Positions 53,401 to 54,000 of a DNA stretch of 54,000 nt are shown in pieces (positions within the stretch are counted from its first letter, which is position 1; each line of letters opens with the position of its first letter). The notes beneath the pieces are model-generated. The model was given only the letters and a program-made list of their open reading frames with translations. It was not told where the DNA came from and made no database searches. The stretch covers positions 1-54,000 of the forward strand of contig CBFFSA010000053.1 of NCBI GenBank assembly GCA_965644495.1, written 5' to 3'. Position numbers and translations under genes: made by a program. The DNA comes from Perkinsela sp. CCAP 1560/9. Lineage: Eukaryota; Protista; Euglenozoa: Kinetoplastea.

Positions 53401-54000
53401 AACGGCATATTCAAAGGCAGACGCAAGAACGCGGGCGCGATGGATCTCGCAGTCCGGAAAAGGGGCCGGAAACTGGGCTTTCGCAACTCCCTCCAAGACC
53501 AGAGGCTACGCTTTCACCCACACGGAGTTTCGTACCCTAACACGCTGGTGGCTAGGCATGGACGTCTTCCCCGAAGATCGGCCTTGCCCAGCTGACGGGT
53601 GCACCCTTCCCTTGCTCAAGAATGGAGAGCACGCTTTGCTCTGCAAGAACGGCCATGGTATCATCTCACGGCACAACGCTCTGGCCCAACAATTTACATC
53701 GTTCTGCAGCAGAGCCTTCCTGGCGCCACAGAGAGAGAAGAGTTTGGGAAATCGGGGTCCTGGGGGGGCTCTCACGAGACCAGCAGACGTATTTCTGCCA
53801 ACTGCCTCCATCGCCAAAGGATCTTTAGCGCAAGGCATGGTCCTAGATTTTGCGGTCACTCACGCACAGCAAACAAAGTATTTGGACTCAGTCCACAATG
53901 CTAGCTGGGTGACCCCGGGGTCTTTTGCCGAGCACTTCGCGGAGACCAAGGCGCGACAGCGACAAGAAGCAGAAAAAGCAGGACACCTCTTCACAGCGAT
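50420..54000 (+). CDS. LsmAD-like + Zn fingers + RT + REL polyprotein, lineage F (runs off window)
   Basis: Not in the ORF track, presumably because there is no stop in the window. ATG at 50420: MSEDDLL..RGSWDQFAGNTHLIKQRSTYNELLYTT; YLDD; RHN, RPAD, LDFAVTH. The frame is the same at both ends; closely related to A. Confidence 0.9.
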   Translation, partial: MSEDDLLKASPPPMDDDSFLQEEAVHNRGSWDQFAGNTHLIKQRSTYNELLYTTPIPANIPEEWNMNAALISTENQTRDTGQVDSSDEETNHSRVIRLHHGHQKTQSDSNTITKKFTRCQPSSTPPSVKGNRGIVKSHRKAREPATPRKGEATEHNPENNSPRQIVQGTSLEIPPSTSEAVLTFPSSQNRPTQRECPAENCIWKTRAHGGQWQSYYNHVAYRHGNNIPNDWWTKEGRFLCDACGRHYDISKKTSHLNHCKMQSTPPSSQPPSQPQQPSQLSESGEAMYDIQGTHSLPSLEEVCTTQISTCKDVPHRCRYLWTRIFTAALSTAVNENSLRAWTLLALLPKCVLPAPYRGGRKAHKSYTSYISKRMELWIQGQYTTLWAQANSEHDRKRSKVPNNEIEGEEDKAAIRAEILVRQGEFSRGMAALTAAPLAPYSEETLLKLQEKHPSPHGNPISCPLPPLEEEALKLDESEVRKAVDTFRRGSSAGTMGLRPEHLQTALQEHVDQNMNPLTTLTSFVNHLLAGKAPDEVQPFFAGARLCALEKGEDDVRPIAAGETLRRLVSKAVCLSIKEKAGSFFGRRQYGVAASAGAERVIHLCRRLMRNNEENENITFCKVDLRNAFNNVSRPVFIFLTRKHFPELSPWVEWCYANHSCLTFGNDFIPSAEGVQQGDPLGPLLFSLVLAEVTEEIASNSNLRTQLWYLDDGVLVGGPKEVRKALDVLDEIGPKWGLFLNLSKCEIITPPASAHTSVFFPDIPSDKIRYDGNFDILGSPIGSAEHCAEFLMTHAIEPARETLEATAVLEDPQIALALIRQCSGFCQMVYALRTTPPQALGELCQKLDSHLVQAVEHAISPLGVAARDQIQRPKRHGGFGLRSSILHQSAAYVSSVAHAASLDNWDPTEAEGFSSSAHDINDKVGTDLVDPYTGRITKPSVPGEYHANRSILSRPAKRKLAQSLNHALLPVSTDQEKIIPRQKHLSQAISDREFQTAYSKADARTRARWISQSGKGAGNWAFATPSKTRGYAFTHTEFRTLTRWWLGMDVFPEDRPCPADGCTLPLLKNGEHALLCKNGHGIISRHNALAQQFTSFCSRAFLAPQREKSLGNRGPGGALTRPADVFLPTASIAKGSLAQGMVLDFAVTHAQQTKYLDSVHNASWVTPGSFAEHFAETKARQRQEAEKAGHLFTA

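Overview
This is eukaryotic, very likely euglenozoan (kinetoplastid/diplonemid-like), DNA made almost entirely of non-LTR retrotransposons and their fragments, joined head-to-tail at poly(A) junctions. There are at least five lineages of single-ORF RT + restriction-like endonuclease (REL) elements of the CRE/SLACS/CZAR type. Lineages B (5.5-10 kb, -), C (12-16.5 kb), E (42.6-47.5 kb) and F (50.3 kb to window end; A at 1.9-4.4 kb is a 5'-truncated sister of F) are related. D is more distant and sits in a ~5.37-kb tandem array (5 copies, 17.2-42.6 kb). Four features stand out. (1) B, C, E and F proteins begin with an Ataxin-2/Pbp1 LsmAD-like domain ahead of the zinc fingers. (2) Every full-length element starts with a spliced-leader (mini-exon)-like sequence (..CTTTAACGATAAAGATACAGTTTCTGTACCTTGTTG; only the last 16 nt in D), yet no SL RNA gene is present. 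(3) A, B, C and E share a ~233-nt 3'-UTR RNA with compensatory base changes and a probable pseudoknot. (4) The chains lack target-site duplications and switch orientation at ~11,270, which suggests serial template jumping. Also present: fragments of an RNase H-bearing RTE/Ingi-like LINE (one with a Mer3/HFM1-like Zn finger), a 241-bp SINE-like insertion with a 9-bp TSD, and a gammaproteobacterial-type polA fragment at the left edge. All family assignments come from motif recognition by eye; no database searches were run.
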